From the NCBI GenBank assembly GCA_965220965.1, contig OZ244852.1:832001-896000 (forward strand): a stretch of DNA of 64,000 nucleotides, read 5' to 3'. Source of the stretch: Candidatus Marinacidobacterium sp. (lineage in GTDB: Bacteria > Acidobacteriota > Vicinamibacteria > Marinacidobacterales > Marinacidobacteraceae). The translations under genes and the position numbers were made by a program. Of this stretch, positions 20,573-30,412 are shown piece by piece (within the stretch, counting starts at the first letter, position 1; the number at the start of each line of letters is the position of its first letter). The notes under the pieces are model-generated. The model saw only the letters and a program-made list of their open reading frames with translations, was not told the DNA's origin and did not search any database.

Positions 20573-22497
20573 ATCCGCTCCGGGACCGGGATCCCCAGAA
20601 GCTCCAGCCCGAGTCGGTGCTGCCAGTAGAACATCGTCACGCCGTAGGCCCGGAGTTCCCGGACCTCGGGGTCGGGTTCTCCCGCCACCTGGTGGCGGTG
20701 GTAGAAGGCGTTGAACCGCTGCGCCCCCTCGTAGGCCCAGCGCGCGAGCACCTGGGGGTCCTCCTGTTCCGCCGCCCGCGCCGCCGCTGCGCCGAGGCCG
20801 GCTGCCTCGCGCAACAACACCCAGAGGTCCCCGGCGTCCTCCGGCGGGAGCGCGTCGAGGCGGGCGTCGAGGTCCGGGAGCGGGGCGGGGAAGCGCTCCG
20901 GAACCGGGATGTCGAGCCGGGCGAGGATGTTCTTCGCGCGAACCGCGGCGTACTGGAGGTAGGGGCCGGTGGCCCCGTCGAAGCTGAGCGCCTCCTCGAG
21001 GTCGAAGACGATGCCCTGGTTCTTCGTGACGCGGACCATAAGGTACCGGAGCGCGCCGACCGCGATGTCGCGGGCCAGTTCGGTGCGCCGTCCCTCGTCG
21101 AGGTCCGGGTTCCTCGAACCGACCTCGTTCCGGGCCCGGTCGATCAGCGCGTCCAGGAAGTCGTCCGCCTTGACCCCGACGCCCTTCCTTCCGGAGACCT
21201 CGACCGCGCCGTCGTCTCCGTCGTCGAGGCCGCCGAGACCAAGCGCCTCCACCGTCGCCCGGGTCAGCGACACCATCTCGTAAGCGAGGTGGCGGGTCCG
21301 CGCCCGGTCCGCCTCGGTGGTGAGGCGGGCGACCGCTTCCTGGACGATCTGCTGGGGATAGGTCTGGCGGGTGTCGATGACGTGGTGGGCGATCGCCGCT
21401 CCCCCGAAGCGGGGCGCCGGATCGTCACCGGTGTCCTCCGTCGTGATCCAGGCGTCGGCGGTTCCGCCTGCGGCGTCCTGGTACCCGAAGAACCGCCGGT
21501 AACGGAAGGCGCGGTCCAGGAGCCCGAGCTGCCACATGTGGTAAGCGATGTCCTTGCCGACGTAGGTGACGGTTCCGTTCGAGCGCACGATGACCTTCTC
21601 GCCGTCCTGCGCCAGATCGGTCTCCATGACCCAGCACCCGCGGTTCTTTCCGTCCTCGCGGTAGCGGACCGCGCCGGTCTCGCGCAGCCGCTCGAAGGCG
21701 TGGTCCCAGAAGGAGAGCCGCAGGATCGTCTTCTCGCAGGCGAGCAGGTCGTAGCGCACGCCGATCCGCTCCATCGTCTCGAGGTGGCGGCGCGCCACCG
21801 CCTCGGCTACGACCTCTCCGATGGCGGACCATGGCGGCTCGCCGCGTTCCATGCCGTGGAGCGCCTCGCGCCGCAGCGCGGCGGCCTTCGGGTCGGCGGC
21901 GATCCAGCGGGAGACCTCGGTGTAGAGATCCCAGCAGAGGTAGTCGAAACGCGGCGCTTCGGTGAGTTGCCTGACCTCGGCTTCGCCTTCCTTCCGGAGC
22001 GCCTGGAACCCGAGCGCCACGTCCGCCACCTGGACGCCGGTGTCGTCGATGTAGTTCTGGACTTCCACCCGGCGCCCCAGGTATCGCAGGATGCGGGCGA
22101 AGGAGTCCCCCAGCGCCGCGTTCCGCAGGTGGCCGATGTGCGCCGCCTTGTTCGGGTTGATGCTGGTGTGCTCGACGATGTGGACCCCGTCGTGCGGTTC
22201 CGGGTCGTTCGGCCGCTCGGCGGCGGCGAGCCACGCCGCCCGGCGCACGAAGACGTTCACGTAGCCGGGCCCGGCGACCTCGACCCGCGCCACCTCCGGG
22301 CGCGCCTCGAGCGCCCCGGCGATCAGCGGCGCGATGGCGCGCGGCGACTTCCTGAGGACCCGGGCCAGGCCGAAGGCTGCGGGGAACGCGATGTCGCCCA
22401 GCGCCGGGGAGGGCGGCGTCTCGGCCGCCACCGCAAAATCGGGCGCCCCCGCCTGCGCCGCCGCCCGCCGCACGACCTCTTCCAGAACAGACTGCAT
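20569..22497 (-). CDS. argS: Arginine--tRNA ligase
   Basis: 'EHTSINPNKAAHIGHLRNA' (HIGH), 'GPYLQYA', C-terminal 'LGIPVPERM'. Confidence 0.95.
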   Translation of the reverse strand: MQSVLEEVVRRAAAQAGAPDFAVAAETPPSPALGDIAFPAAFGLARVLRKSPRAIAPLIAGALEARPEVARVEVAGPGYVNVFVRRAAWLAAAERPNDPEPHDGVHIVEHTSINPNKAAHIGHLRNAALGDSFARILRYLGRRVEVQNYIDDTGVQVADVALGFQALRKEGEAEVRQLTEAPRFDYLCWDLYTEVSRWIAADPKAAALRREALHGMERGEPPWSAIGEVVAEAVARRHLETMERIGVRYDLLACEKTILRLSFWDHAFERLRETGAVRYREDGKNRGCWVMETDLAQDGEKVIVRSNGTVTYVGKDIAYHMWQLGLLDRAFRYRRFFGYQDAAGGTADAWITTEDTGDDPAPRFGGAAIAHHVIDTRQTYPQQIVQEAVARLTTEADRARTRHLAYEMVSLTRATVEALGLGGLDDGDDGAVEVSGRKGVGVKADDFLDALIDRARNEVGSRNPDLDEGRRTELARDIAVGALRYLMVRVTKNQGIVFDLEEALSFDGATGPYLQYAAVRAKNILARLDIPVPERFPAPLPDLDARLDALPPEDAGDLWVLLREAAGLGAAAARAAEQEDPQVLARWAYEGAQRFNAFYHRHQVAGEPDPEVRELRAYGVTMFYWQHRLGLELLGIPVPERM

Positions 22498-22592
22498 CGG
22501 CGGCGCGCCCGGGAGTGTAGTGGGATAACCGGGGCGGCCGACGCGGAGCGCCCCGCTCCCGATCTGTAAGCTCCCCGGACTCCGCCGGAACG

Positions 22593-24437
22593 ATGACCCG
22601 CGCCGAATTCACCGCGTTCCTGCGCGAACGCCCCCGGGTCGGCGACGGCGCGATGGGGACCGCGCTCTACAACGCGGGCGTCGGCGTCCGGCGATGCTTC
22701 GATGATCTGAACCGGTCCGAGGCGGACCGGGTTCGCGCGATCCACGCCGCCCACATCGAGGCTGGCGCCGACGTCGTCACGACGAACACCTTCGGCGCGA
22801 ACCGGATCAAGCTGTCGCGGCACGGTCTCGCCTCGGATGTCCGGGCGATCAACGCCGCCGGGGTGCGGGTGGCGCGGCGGGCGGCCGGGCCCGAGATCCT
22901 GGTTCTGGGTTCTGTCGGGCCCACCGGAGTCGAGGTGCGGCTCTCCGAAGCGGAGGTCAGGGAGTCGGTCGAGGGCGCCTTCCGGGAGCAGATCGAGGCT
23001 CTCGCCGAAGCCGGCGTCGACGCTCTGCTCATCGAGACCTTCACGAGCGTTGACGAGTGTGAACTCGCCCTGGAGACGGCGCGGGGAATCGCGCCCGACC
23101 TCGGGGTCGCGGCGCTCCTGACGCTGACCGACCAGGCCGAGACGCCGCTCGGGATGCGCGCCGAGGTGGCGGCCCACCGGCTCGTCGCCGCCGGGGCCGA
23201 CGCCGTGGGGCTGAACTGCGGGGTGGGGCCCGACAGCACGTTCACCGCGCTCCAGGCGATCAGCGGTTCGGTGAGCGTCCCGCTGATCGCGCAGCCGAAC
23301 GCCGGGATCCCGGCCACGCTCGAAGGGCGGTTCCTCTACCCCTCCTCGCCGGACTACGTGGCGCACTATGCGAAGCGCTACCTGCGCCTCGGGGTCTCGC
23401 TCATCGGGGGCTGCTGCGGCACCGGTCCCGAGCACATCGGGGCGGTCGCCGGCGTCGTCCGGGCCGCGACTGCGGGCCGTCCGGCGAAGCCGGTGGCGCC
23501 GACGCGCCCGGCGGAATCAGCGGCCGGCAAGGAGCCCGCGCCCCCGGCCGAGCGGTCCCGGCTCGCCCGGGAACTCACGGACGGGCGGTTCTGCGTCTCG
23601 GTGGAGATGGACCCGCCCCGGGGCGGCGACGCCGAGGTGTTTCGCGAGGCGGCGAGGCGACTCGCAGACGCCGGGATCCACTATGTGAACGTGGCCGACG
23701 GTCCGCGGGCGTCGGCGCGCATGAGCGCGATCGCGTTTGCGGCGCTGCTCGAGCGCGACGGGGCGGTCGAGACGATCCTCCACTACCAGTGCCGGGACCG
23801 GAACCTGATCGGCATCCAGGCGGACCTCCTCGGCGCTCACGCGCTCGGGATCCGGAACCTGCTCGCCGTGACCGGAGATCCGCCGAAGCTCGGGGACTAC
23901 CCGCACGCGACCGCCGTGTTCGACGTGGACTCCGTCGGGCTGGTCCGGATCGTGGAGGGGCTGAACCGCGGCCTCGATCTCGCCGGCAACGCGCTCCCGT
24001 CCGTGCTGCCCTTCTTCCCCGGAGTCGGAGTGAATCCGGCGGCGGCGGATCCCGAGGCGGAGATCCGCAAGTTCCACCGCAAGAAGGAGGCGGGCGCCCG
24101 GTACTGCCTGACGCAGCCGGTCTACGAACCGCGGCTTCTCGAGGACTTTCTGGATCGGATCGGCGGCCGGGACATCCCGGTGCTCGTGGGGATCCTGCCG
24201 CTCGTGAGTTCGCGGAACGCCGAGTTCCTCCACAACGAGGTTCCGGGCATGACGGTGCCCGACGCGGTCCGGCGGCGTCTGGCGGAGGCCGGAACCCGCA
24301 AGCAGGCGCGGGCCGTCGGCGTTGCGGTGGCGCGGGAGATGGTCGAGGCGGCGCGCGGGATCGCCGACGGCGCCTACATCATGCCGCCCTTCCAGCGCTT
24401 CGACCTCGCGGTCCGTTGCGTGGAGGGGCTGCTGTGA
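22593..24437 (+). CDS. yitJ: Bifunctional homocysteine S-methyltransferase / methylenetetrahydrofolate reductase (YitJ-like)
   Basis: 'DGAMGT','GLNCG','GGCCGTGP' followed by MTHFR motifs 'VEMDPP','CRDRNLIG','TGDPP','TQPVY'. Confidence 0.9.
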   Translation: MTRAEFTAFLRERPRVGDGAMGTALYNAGVGVRRCFDDLNRSEADRVRAIHAAHIEAGADVVTTNTFGANRIKLSRHGLASDVRAINAAGVRVARRAAGPEILVLGSVGPTGVEVRLSEAEVRESVEGAFREQIEALAEAGVDALLIETFTSVDECELALETARGIAPDLGVAALLTLTDQAETPLGMRAEVAAHRLVAAGADAVGLNCGVGPDSTFTALQAISGSVSVPLIAQPNAGIPATLEGRFLYPSSPDYVAHYAKRYLRLGVSLIGGCCGTGPEHIGAVAGVVRAATAGRPAKPVAPTRPAESAAGKEPAPPAERSRLARELTDGRFCVSVEMDPPRGGDAEVFREAARRLADAGIHYVNVADGPRASARMSAIAFAALLERDGAVETILHYQCRDRNLIGIQADLLGAHALGIRNLLAVTGDPPKLGDYPHATAVFDVDSVGLVRIVEGLNRGLDLAGNALPSVLPFFPGVGVNPAAADPEAEIRKFHRKKEAGARYCLTQPVYEPRLLEDFLDRIGGRDIPVLVGILPLVSSRNAEFLHNEVPGMTVPDAVRRRLAEAGTRKQARAVGVAVAREMVEAARGIADGAYIMPPFQRFDLAVRCVEGLL

Positions 24438-24481
24438 GCGGCGGCGGCCCGGAATGAAGCGAAGGTGAAAGAATCGGAGGG

Positions 24482-25501
24482 GTGAACTCCGGCCCTGTTC
24501 CCGCCCGGCGTCCCGGGCGGACAGCCTTCTGGTGGGGAGCGGGCGTGACGTCTCTTGCCCTTGCGTTCGCCGCAACCGCCGCCGGCGGCGGCGCGCAGCA
24601 GGTCTTCCAGTTCGAGTCGGGAGTCGATCTGGTCTCCGTCCCGGTGGCGGTGATCGGCGAGGACGGCGCCTTCATCGGCGGACTCGAGGTCTCCGACTTC
24701 CGGGTGCTCGAGGACGGGGTGGAGCAGGAAATCGTGGTGTTCGGCGCCGGGCTCGACGAGTCCTGGGTGGATCTTCCCCCGGACCAGAAGGAAGAGCTCT
24801 CCCGGCGGCAGGTGATCGGGCTGCTGCTCGACGCCTCGGGCAGCATGGAGGAGGACATGTCGCTCCTCCACGAGGCCGCGATCAAGTTCCTCACGAACAT
24901 CCCCCGCACCGAGCATCTGTTCGTGATCAGCTTCGACGAGAACATCCGCCTCTCCGAGTACTCCTCCGATGACCAGCGGACCATCTCGAACCGGATCTAC
25001 GACATCGAGGCGGAGGGCTGGACCGCGCTCTACGACGCGGTCGCGACGTTCCTGGACCGCGTCTGGGATTACGACGGCCGCAAGACGCTCGCGGTGTTCA
25101 GCGACGGGGCGGACTCGCGCTCGACGCTGAGCTACGCCGACGCGCTGGACCTGGTGCGGCTCGGCGACGCCACGATCCACTCGATCCATTTCGGGGACCG
25201 CACGCGCCACTCCGAGGTGTTCCAGAACGCGCGGTTCCTGCGCGCGATCTCGGAGACCACCGGGGGTTCCTACGCGCTCGCCTCATCGCTCGAACAGATC
25301 GACGAGCTCTACGACCGGATCCTCGACGAGCTCTACAGCCAGTACAGCATCGGCTACGTCTCGAACAACCTGCGCCGCGAAGGGCGCTACCGCGAGATCG
25401 AGGTCGAACTGACCCGTCCCGATCTCAGGGACGCCGAGGTCCGCGCCCGAAAGGGCTATTACGGACCACTCGATCCGCCTGAGCCGCCTGGAAGCCGATA
25501 G
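24482..25501 (+). CDS. Exported VWA-domain protein (Acidobacteria VWFA-related type)
   Basis: 'DLVSVPVAV', MIDAS 'DASGSM','TALYDA','SDGAD', tail 'QYSIGY...VRARKGYY'. Confidence 0.88.
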   Translation: MNSGPVPARRPGRTAFWWGAGVTSLALAFAATAAGGGAQQVFQFESGVDLVSVPVAVIGEDGAFIGGLEVSDFRVLEDGVEQEIVVFGAGLDESWVDLPPDQKEELSRRQVIGLLLDASGSMEEDMSLLHEAAIKFLTNIPRTEHLFVISFDENIRLSEYSSDDQRTISNRIYDIEAEGWTALYDAVATFLDRVWDYDGRKTLAVFSDGADSRSTLSYADALDLVRLGDATIHSIHFGDRTRHSEVFQNARFLRAISETTGGSYALASSLEQIDELYDRILDELYSQYSIGYVSNNLRREGRYREIEVELTRPDLRDAEVRARKGYYGPLDPPEPPGSR

Positions 25502-25549
25502 CGATACGGCCGGAACGCCGGGGACGCTCGGCCCGGAGGAAGCGCCTCC

Positions 25550-25870
25550 TCAGCCGGCGTCGTATCCCGTGACCCAGCGGTGGTCCACGATGAAGTCGAA
25601 GCCGCTTCGCAGCGGCCTCAGGCCGAGTTCCGCCACGAAGGAGCGGGCGAACGCCGCGCCCAGCACGTCGTCGGCGCCGCCGCGCTTCCCGGCTTCCTCG
25701 ACGGCCAGGTCGGTGACCTGCAGCCGCCCTTCGATCGGGCCCGGGTCAGCGTCGGGACCGCTCGCCTGGATGCGGACGGTCCAGGGGTTGTGCTTGTCGT
25801 CTTCCGACTTCTCGGCCGGTGCGGCCTCGCCGCGGTAGGTGAGGCCGCGGCCCTCGAAGCTGAATTCCAT
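25550..25870 (-). CDS. Hypothetical protein (106 aa)
   Basis: Host-like codon usage; follows the ccp gene on the same strand; no motif recognised. Confidence 0.55.
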   Translation of the reverse strand: MEFSFEGRGLTYRGEAAPAEKSEDDKHNPWTVRIQASGPDADPGPIEGRLQVTDLAVEEAGKRGGADDVLGAAFARSFVAELGLRPLRSGFDFIVDHRWVTGYDAG

Positions 25871-25901
25871 CGGTTCGGTCCTTGCGCCGTGTTCCGTTCG
25901 G

Positions 25902-26987
25902 TTACGGGAGGTCGGGGGGGCTGAAGATCTGCGCGCCGCTCTGGCACTCGAGCGTGCCGAGGAACGCCAGGATGTCGGCGATCTGAGCGTCGTCCAGGTT
26001 GCGGTCCTGCAGCTCGTCGCGGTCGATGTAGGGGTTGTCGAGGCCGCCGCTGGCCATGATCCGCACCGCCTCTTCCAGCGTCGCCACGCTGCCGTTGTGG
26101 AAGTAGGGGGCGCTCTTCGTGATGTCCCGCAGCGTGGGCGTCTTGAACGCTCCCTGGCAGGCCTCGTCCTCCGTCGTGCTGCACCGGTCGGCTTCGGTGA
26201 CGACCCATCGGCCCAGATCGGGATCCTCGGCGTCCATCCCGATCCCCACGTTGTGGTAGAGCATGTCGGTGAACAGCACGCCGGAGTGGCACACCGCGCA
26301 TCCGGCCTCCGCGGTGAAGAGTTCGGCGCCCCGCTGGGCCGCTTCAGGGATGGTCGACTCGCCGCGGCGCCAGCCGTCGTAGGCGGTGTCGCCGCAATAG
26401 AAGGCGTCGCGCTCGAACGAGGCGATGGCCTGCACGACGTTCTCGGGAGTGGCCGGACCGCCGAACACCGCCTCGAACTGCTCCCGGTACCCGGGGATGG
26501 CGTTCAGCGATTCGACGACCGCGTCCGCGTCGGCGCCCATGTTGCCGCCGGTCCAGGCCGCCATCGCCTGCGCCTCGAGCGAGCCGCTGCGCCCGTCCCA
26601 GTAGAACTCGGTGTGGTAGGCGATGTTCCAGAGCGTCGGGCTGGAGCGCGTGAGCACCCGGCCGAGAGCCCCTTCCGCGACCGGCAATCCGTCGGTCAGC
26701 CCGTTCTCGACGAGGTGGCAGCTATAGCAGGAGCGCGTCCCATCGGCGGAGAGCCGGGTGTCGAAGTAGAGCTGCTTGCCGAGCGCCACCTTTTCGGGCG
26801 TCTGCGGATTGTCCGGCGGGATGACCGGCGCCGCGAAGTCGGCGGGAGGTCCGGGAACGAACGCCGTCTCCTCGGGGACATCCTCCGCGACCGGATCCTC
26901 GCCGGCCGGCGCGCAGCCGATCACGAAGCCGCCGACGGCGAGTGCGATCCCCAGGGACAGGAGGGCAAACAGGACGAATGGACGCAT
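25902..26987 (-). CDS. Di-heme cytochrome c peroxidase (CcP/MauG superfamily), probable lipoprotein
   Basis: CYSCH and CAVCH heme motifs, 'WDGR', 'FKTPTLRD..APYFHNG', 'LEEAVRIM'; GGAGG RBS. Confidence 0.9.
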   Translation of the reverse strand: MRPFVLFALLSLGIALAVGGFVIGCAPAGEDPVAEDVPEETAFVPGPPADFAAPVIPPDNPQTPEKVALGKQLYFDTRLSADGTRSCYSCHLVENGLTDGLPVAEGALGRVLTRSSPTLWNIAYHTEFYWDGRSGSLEAQAMAAWTGGNMGADADAVVESLNAIPGYREQFEAVFGGPATPENVVQAIASFERDAFYCGDTAYDGWRRGESTIPEAAQRGAELFTAEAGCAVCHSGVLFTDMLYHNVGIGMDAEDPDLGRWVVTEADRCSTTEDEACQGAFKTPTLRDITKSAPYFHNGSVATLEEAVRIMASGGLDNPYIDRDELQDRNLDDAQIADILAFLGTLECQSGAQIFSPPDLP

Positions 26988-27126
26988 GAAGTGGAACCTC
27001 CTGGGGATCCCGGGGAGACGGGACCCGGGCGCGGGAACGCGAAATGCTACCAGCCGTTCCGGCCGGTTCCGGGGCGTTCCGCCGTTGCTGGAACGGCCCC
27101 CGCCGTTCCGCGATAGGCTCTGCTTC

Positions 27127-28023
27127 GTGCGTCGCCCGGCCCGCGGAAGAGTCATCGGGGGCGGCCTGTTGCTTGTGGCGCTCGCGGCCGCGGGGGTCGC
27201 CGCCTCGGGCGCGCTTTCGCCGTTCACCGCGTGGCAGGCGCCGCCGCCGCCGGCCGCGCCCTCGGGCCTCGCCCTCCAGCCCAGCAGGCAGGAGCTTCGC
27301 GAGATGATCGCGGCGGCCACCGGAAGAGGGCGCCGGGGGCGCGACCGGGACCCGTTCGGGGTGGGCCCGAAGGGCATCCACGACTTCTATTTCACCCGCG
27401 CCGCCTACTCGAGTTACGGATGGCGGGGCTGGCAGGTGGACTACCCGAAGGCCGACCGGCAATTCCTGATCGGCCTCCAGCGCCTGACCAATCTGGACTC
27501 CTACGCGATGGAAAACGGGGTCCTGCTCACCGACCCCGACCTGGGCCGCTTCCCCTTCCTCTACGCGGTCGAGGTGGGCCACATGCAGATGTCCGAGCCC
27601 GAGGTTCTGGCGCTCCGCCGGTATCTGCATCAGGGCGGCTTCCTGGTGGTGGACGACTTCTGGGGAACCTACGAGTGGCTCAACTTCGCGGGTGAAATGG
27701 GCCGCGTCCTCCCGGGCCGCCCGATCGAGGACATCCCGCTCGACCACCCGCTGTTCCACTCGTTCTACCAGGTGGACGAGATCGTTCAGGTGCCCAACGT
27801 GGGGCAGGGGATCCGGGGCGGTCCGACCTGGGAGCGGGATGGCTACACCCCGGTGGTCCGGGGCATCTTCGACGACGAGCGGCGGCTCATGGTGCTCATC
27901 AACTGGAACACCGACCTCGGGGACGCCTGGGAGTGGGCCGAGGACCCGCGTTACCCGCTGACGTATTCGCTCTACGCCTACGAGATGGGAATCAACTTCA
28001 TCATCTACGCCATGACCCACTGA
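27127..28023 (+). CDS. DUF4159-domain protein (copy 1)
   Basis: 'W..DYPKAD','PFLY..EVG','GGFLVVDDFWG','HPLFHSFY','DLGDAWE','GINFIIYAMTH'; GTG start inferred. Confidence 0.85.
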   Translation: MRRPARGRVIGGGLLLVALAAAGVAASGALSPFTAWQAPPPPAAPSGLALQPSRQELREMIAAATGRGRRGRDRDPFGVGPKGIHDFYFTRAAYSSYGWRGWQVDYPKADRQFLIGLQRLTNLDSYAMENGVLLTDPDLGRFPFLYAVEVGHMQMSEPEVLALRRYLHQGGFLVVDDFWGTYEWLNFAGEMGRVLPGRPIEDIPLDHPLFHSFYQVDEIVQVPNVGQGIRGGPTWERDGYTPVVRGIFDDERRLMVLINWNTDLGDAWEWAEDPRYPLTYSLYAYEMGINFIIYAMTH

Positions 28024-28072
28024 GCGCCCCCCGGCGGCGGTGCGCTCTCTCTCGTAAATCCGGTCCGGATCG

Positions 28073-30412
28073 ATGTTCTCCCGCGCGGTCGAGTGGCTCT
28101 TCGGAAGCCCCCCGGTCGCCTTCTCCCGGGGAGATCTCGACCTCCTCGTGGCGTGGCCGGCGTATTTCGCGGGCGTCGTCCTCATCGCGGCGGTCGTGTG
28201 GTTCCTCCTCGGGTATCGCGCCGCCGGCGTCCGGGTCCGGCCCGTCGAGCGCATCCTGCTGGCCGCGGCCCGGGCGGGCGCGATCGCGCTCGCCGCGCTG
28301 TGCCTGCTTCGGCCCCAGCTCGTGGTGTCGCTCACCGTGCCGCAGGAGAACCTCGTCGCGGTCCTCCTCGACGACTCGGCCAGCATGGGAATCCGCGATG
28401 TCGCGGGCGGCGAACAGGCCCGGAGCGACGCGCTGCTGGCGGCGTTCCCGGCCGACCCGGACGAGGACCCCGATGCGCTGGGACCCCGCCTCGAAGAGGA
28501 GTTCGTCACCCGCTTCTTCCGTTTCGCCGGGGACTCGGGACGGATCGACTCGCCCCGGGACCTCACGTTCTCCGGCGCGCGCACCGACCTCGCCCGCGCG
28601 CTCACCCGCGCGGTGGACGAGCTGGCATCGCTGCCGCTCGCTGGCGTCGTCCTGCTGACCGACGGGGCGCAGACGGTCGGAGGCGAGGCGGACGAGGGGC
28701 TCGAGGAGGCGCTGCTCGACCTGCGGGGACGCGGATTGCGCGTCTACCCGGTGGCGTTCGGGGAGTCGAGCGCGGAGGCCGACCTGGAACTGGTCAGCCC
28801 GGATCTCCCGGCGCGCGTCGTCCAGGGCTCGCTCGTCGAGGTGCGGGCGCGGATCCGCGCCCGGGGACTCGCCGGCCGGACGGCGCGCTTCGAGGTGCTC
28901 GACGAAGGGCGCATCCTGACCCAGGAGACGGTCCGCTTCGGCTCGGACGACGAAGAGACGACCGTTGTCGCGTTCGCCCCGGCGAACGACCCGGGCGCCC
29001 GGCGACTCCGGCTTCGCGTCGCCCCGTTCACCGGGGAGACCGTCGTGCGGAACAACGAGCAGCGCGCGCTCCTGCTCGTCGAGGATCGCCCGGCGCGGAT
29101 CCTCTACTTCGAGGGGCAGCCCCGCTGGGAGATGAAGTTCCTGCGGCGCGCCGTCGAGGCGGATGAGGGACTCCAGGTCGCGAGCCTGCTCCGGACCGCG
29201 GAGGGCAAGTTCTACCGGCTGGGCGTCAGCGGACCCGACGAGCTCGCCGGAGGCTTCCCGGACACCCGGGAGGAGCTGTTCGAATACGACGCCATCATCC
29301 TCGGGGGCGTCGAGGCCGGGTTCTTCACCCAGGACCAGCTCAACATGCTCCGCGACTTCGTCAGCCAGCGCGGCGGCGGCCTGCTCACCCTCGGCAGCGG
29401 GCGCTCCTACGGGAGGGGCGGGTACCGGGGCACGCCGCTCGCCGAGATCCTCCCGCTGACGCTCCCCGACGCCATGGAGACCGGGTCCGGGCCGCGTCCG
29501 GAGGATCTCCGCGAACTGCAGGTCCAGCCGACCCGGGCGGGGGCCAGCCATCCGGTCGTGCGGCTCGACCCCGATCCCGGACTCAACGCCTCCCGCTACC
29601 GCGAGCTGCCCCTGCTGTCCACGGTGAACCTGGCGATGACCGCGAAACCCGGCGCCATCACCCTGCTCGAGGGGACCGGACCCGGCGGGGAGAGCGAGCC
29701 GGTCCTGCTGTTCCAGCGCTTTGGCCGCGGCCGGGTGGCGAGTCTCACCGTCCAGGACCTCTGGCTCTGGCAGATGGACGTCTCGGTCCCGCTCGAGGAC
29801 GAGACACACGAGACGCTCTGGAGGCGGCTGCTGCGCTGGCTGGCGGCCGACGCGCCCCGCCGGGTCGAGGCCTCGCTGGCGCCGGTCCGGTCGCTCCCGG
29901 GAGAGCCGGTGACGATCCGGGCGCGCGTCGAGGACGAACGGTTCCTCGCGGTGAACAACGCCGAGGTCGAGGCGTGGATCACCGCGCCCGACGGCGAGTC
30001 GCCGCCGGTCCCGCTCCTGTGGACGGGCGAGGCCGACGGCGAGTACTCCGGAGTCTTCGTCCCGGCCACCGCCGGGCTCCACCAGGTCGAGGTGCGCGCC
30101 GCCGGCGGCTTCGTCGGGGAGGGCGCGGCGCCGGGGAGCGCCGAGGCCTGGGCCGAGGTCGGGGCGGTGGATGACGAGTTCTTCGGCGCCGGGACCGACC
30201 GGGAGCTGCTTCGCCGGATCGCCGACTCGACCGGAGGCCAGATGTTCGAGGTGGACGGCGCCGAGGACCTGGTGGACCATCTGAGCATCGGCGAATCGGG
30301 CGCCACCGTCGTGGAGCGGCGCGATCTGTGGAACCAGCCCGGGGTGTTCCTCCTGCTGCTTGCGCTTCTCGCGGCGGAGTGGTGCGGTCGCTCGCTCCGC
30401 GGGATGGCCTGA
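28073..30412 (+). CDS. Membrane protein with VWA and glutamine amidotransferase-like domains
   Basis: N-terminal TMs, 'DDSASM','LLTDG','YFEGQPRWEMKFLRR','YDAIILG','GGGLL','GRGRV', C-terminal 'EW..R'. Confidence 0.8.
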   Translation: MFSRAVEWLFGSPPVAFSRGDLDLLVAWPAYFAGVVLIAAVVWFLLGYRAAGVRVRPVERILLAAARAGAIALAALCLLRPQLVVSLTVPQENLVAVLLDDSASMGIRDVAGGEQARSDALLAAFPADPDEDPDALGPRLEEEFVTRFFRFAGDSGRIDSPRDLTFSGARTDLARALTRAVDELASLPLAGVVLLTDGAQTVGGEADEGLEEALLDLRGRGLRVYPVAFGESSAEADLELVSPDLPARVVQGSLVEVRARIRARGLAGRTARFEVLDEGRILTQETVRFGSDDEETTVVAFAPANDPGARRLRLRVAPFTGETVVRNNEQRALLLVEDRPARILYFEGQPRWEMKFLRRAVEADEGLQVASLLRTAEGKFYRLGVSGPDELAGGFPDTREELFEYDAIILGGVEAGFFTQDQLNMLRDFVSQRGGGLLTLGSGRSYGRGGYRGTPLAEILPLTLPDAMETGSGPRPEDLRELQVQPTRAGASHPVVRLDPDPGLNASRYRELPLLSTVNLAMTAKPGAITLLEGTGPGGESEPVLLFQRFGRGRVASLTVQDLWLWQMDVSVPLEDETHETLWRRLLRWLAADAPRRVEASLAPVRSLPGEPVTIRARVEDERFLAVNNAEVEAWITAPDGESPPVPLLWTGEADGEYSGVFVPATAGLHQVEVRAAGGFVGEGAAPGSAEAWAEVGAVDDEFFGAGTDRELLRRIADSTGGQMFEVDGAEDLVDHLSIGESGATVVERRDLWNQPGVFLLLLALLAAEWCGRSLRGMA

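Noticed and set aside
25902-26987. MauG/MbnH-type protein-modifying enzyme
   Set aside because: Met is present at the position matching the CcP heme ligand (LEEAVRIM) and no substrate gene is adjacent; an ordinary peroxidase is more likely
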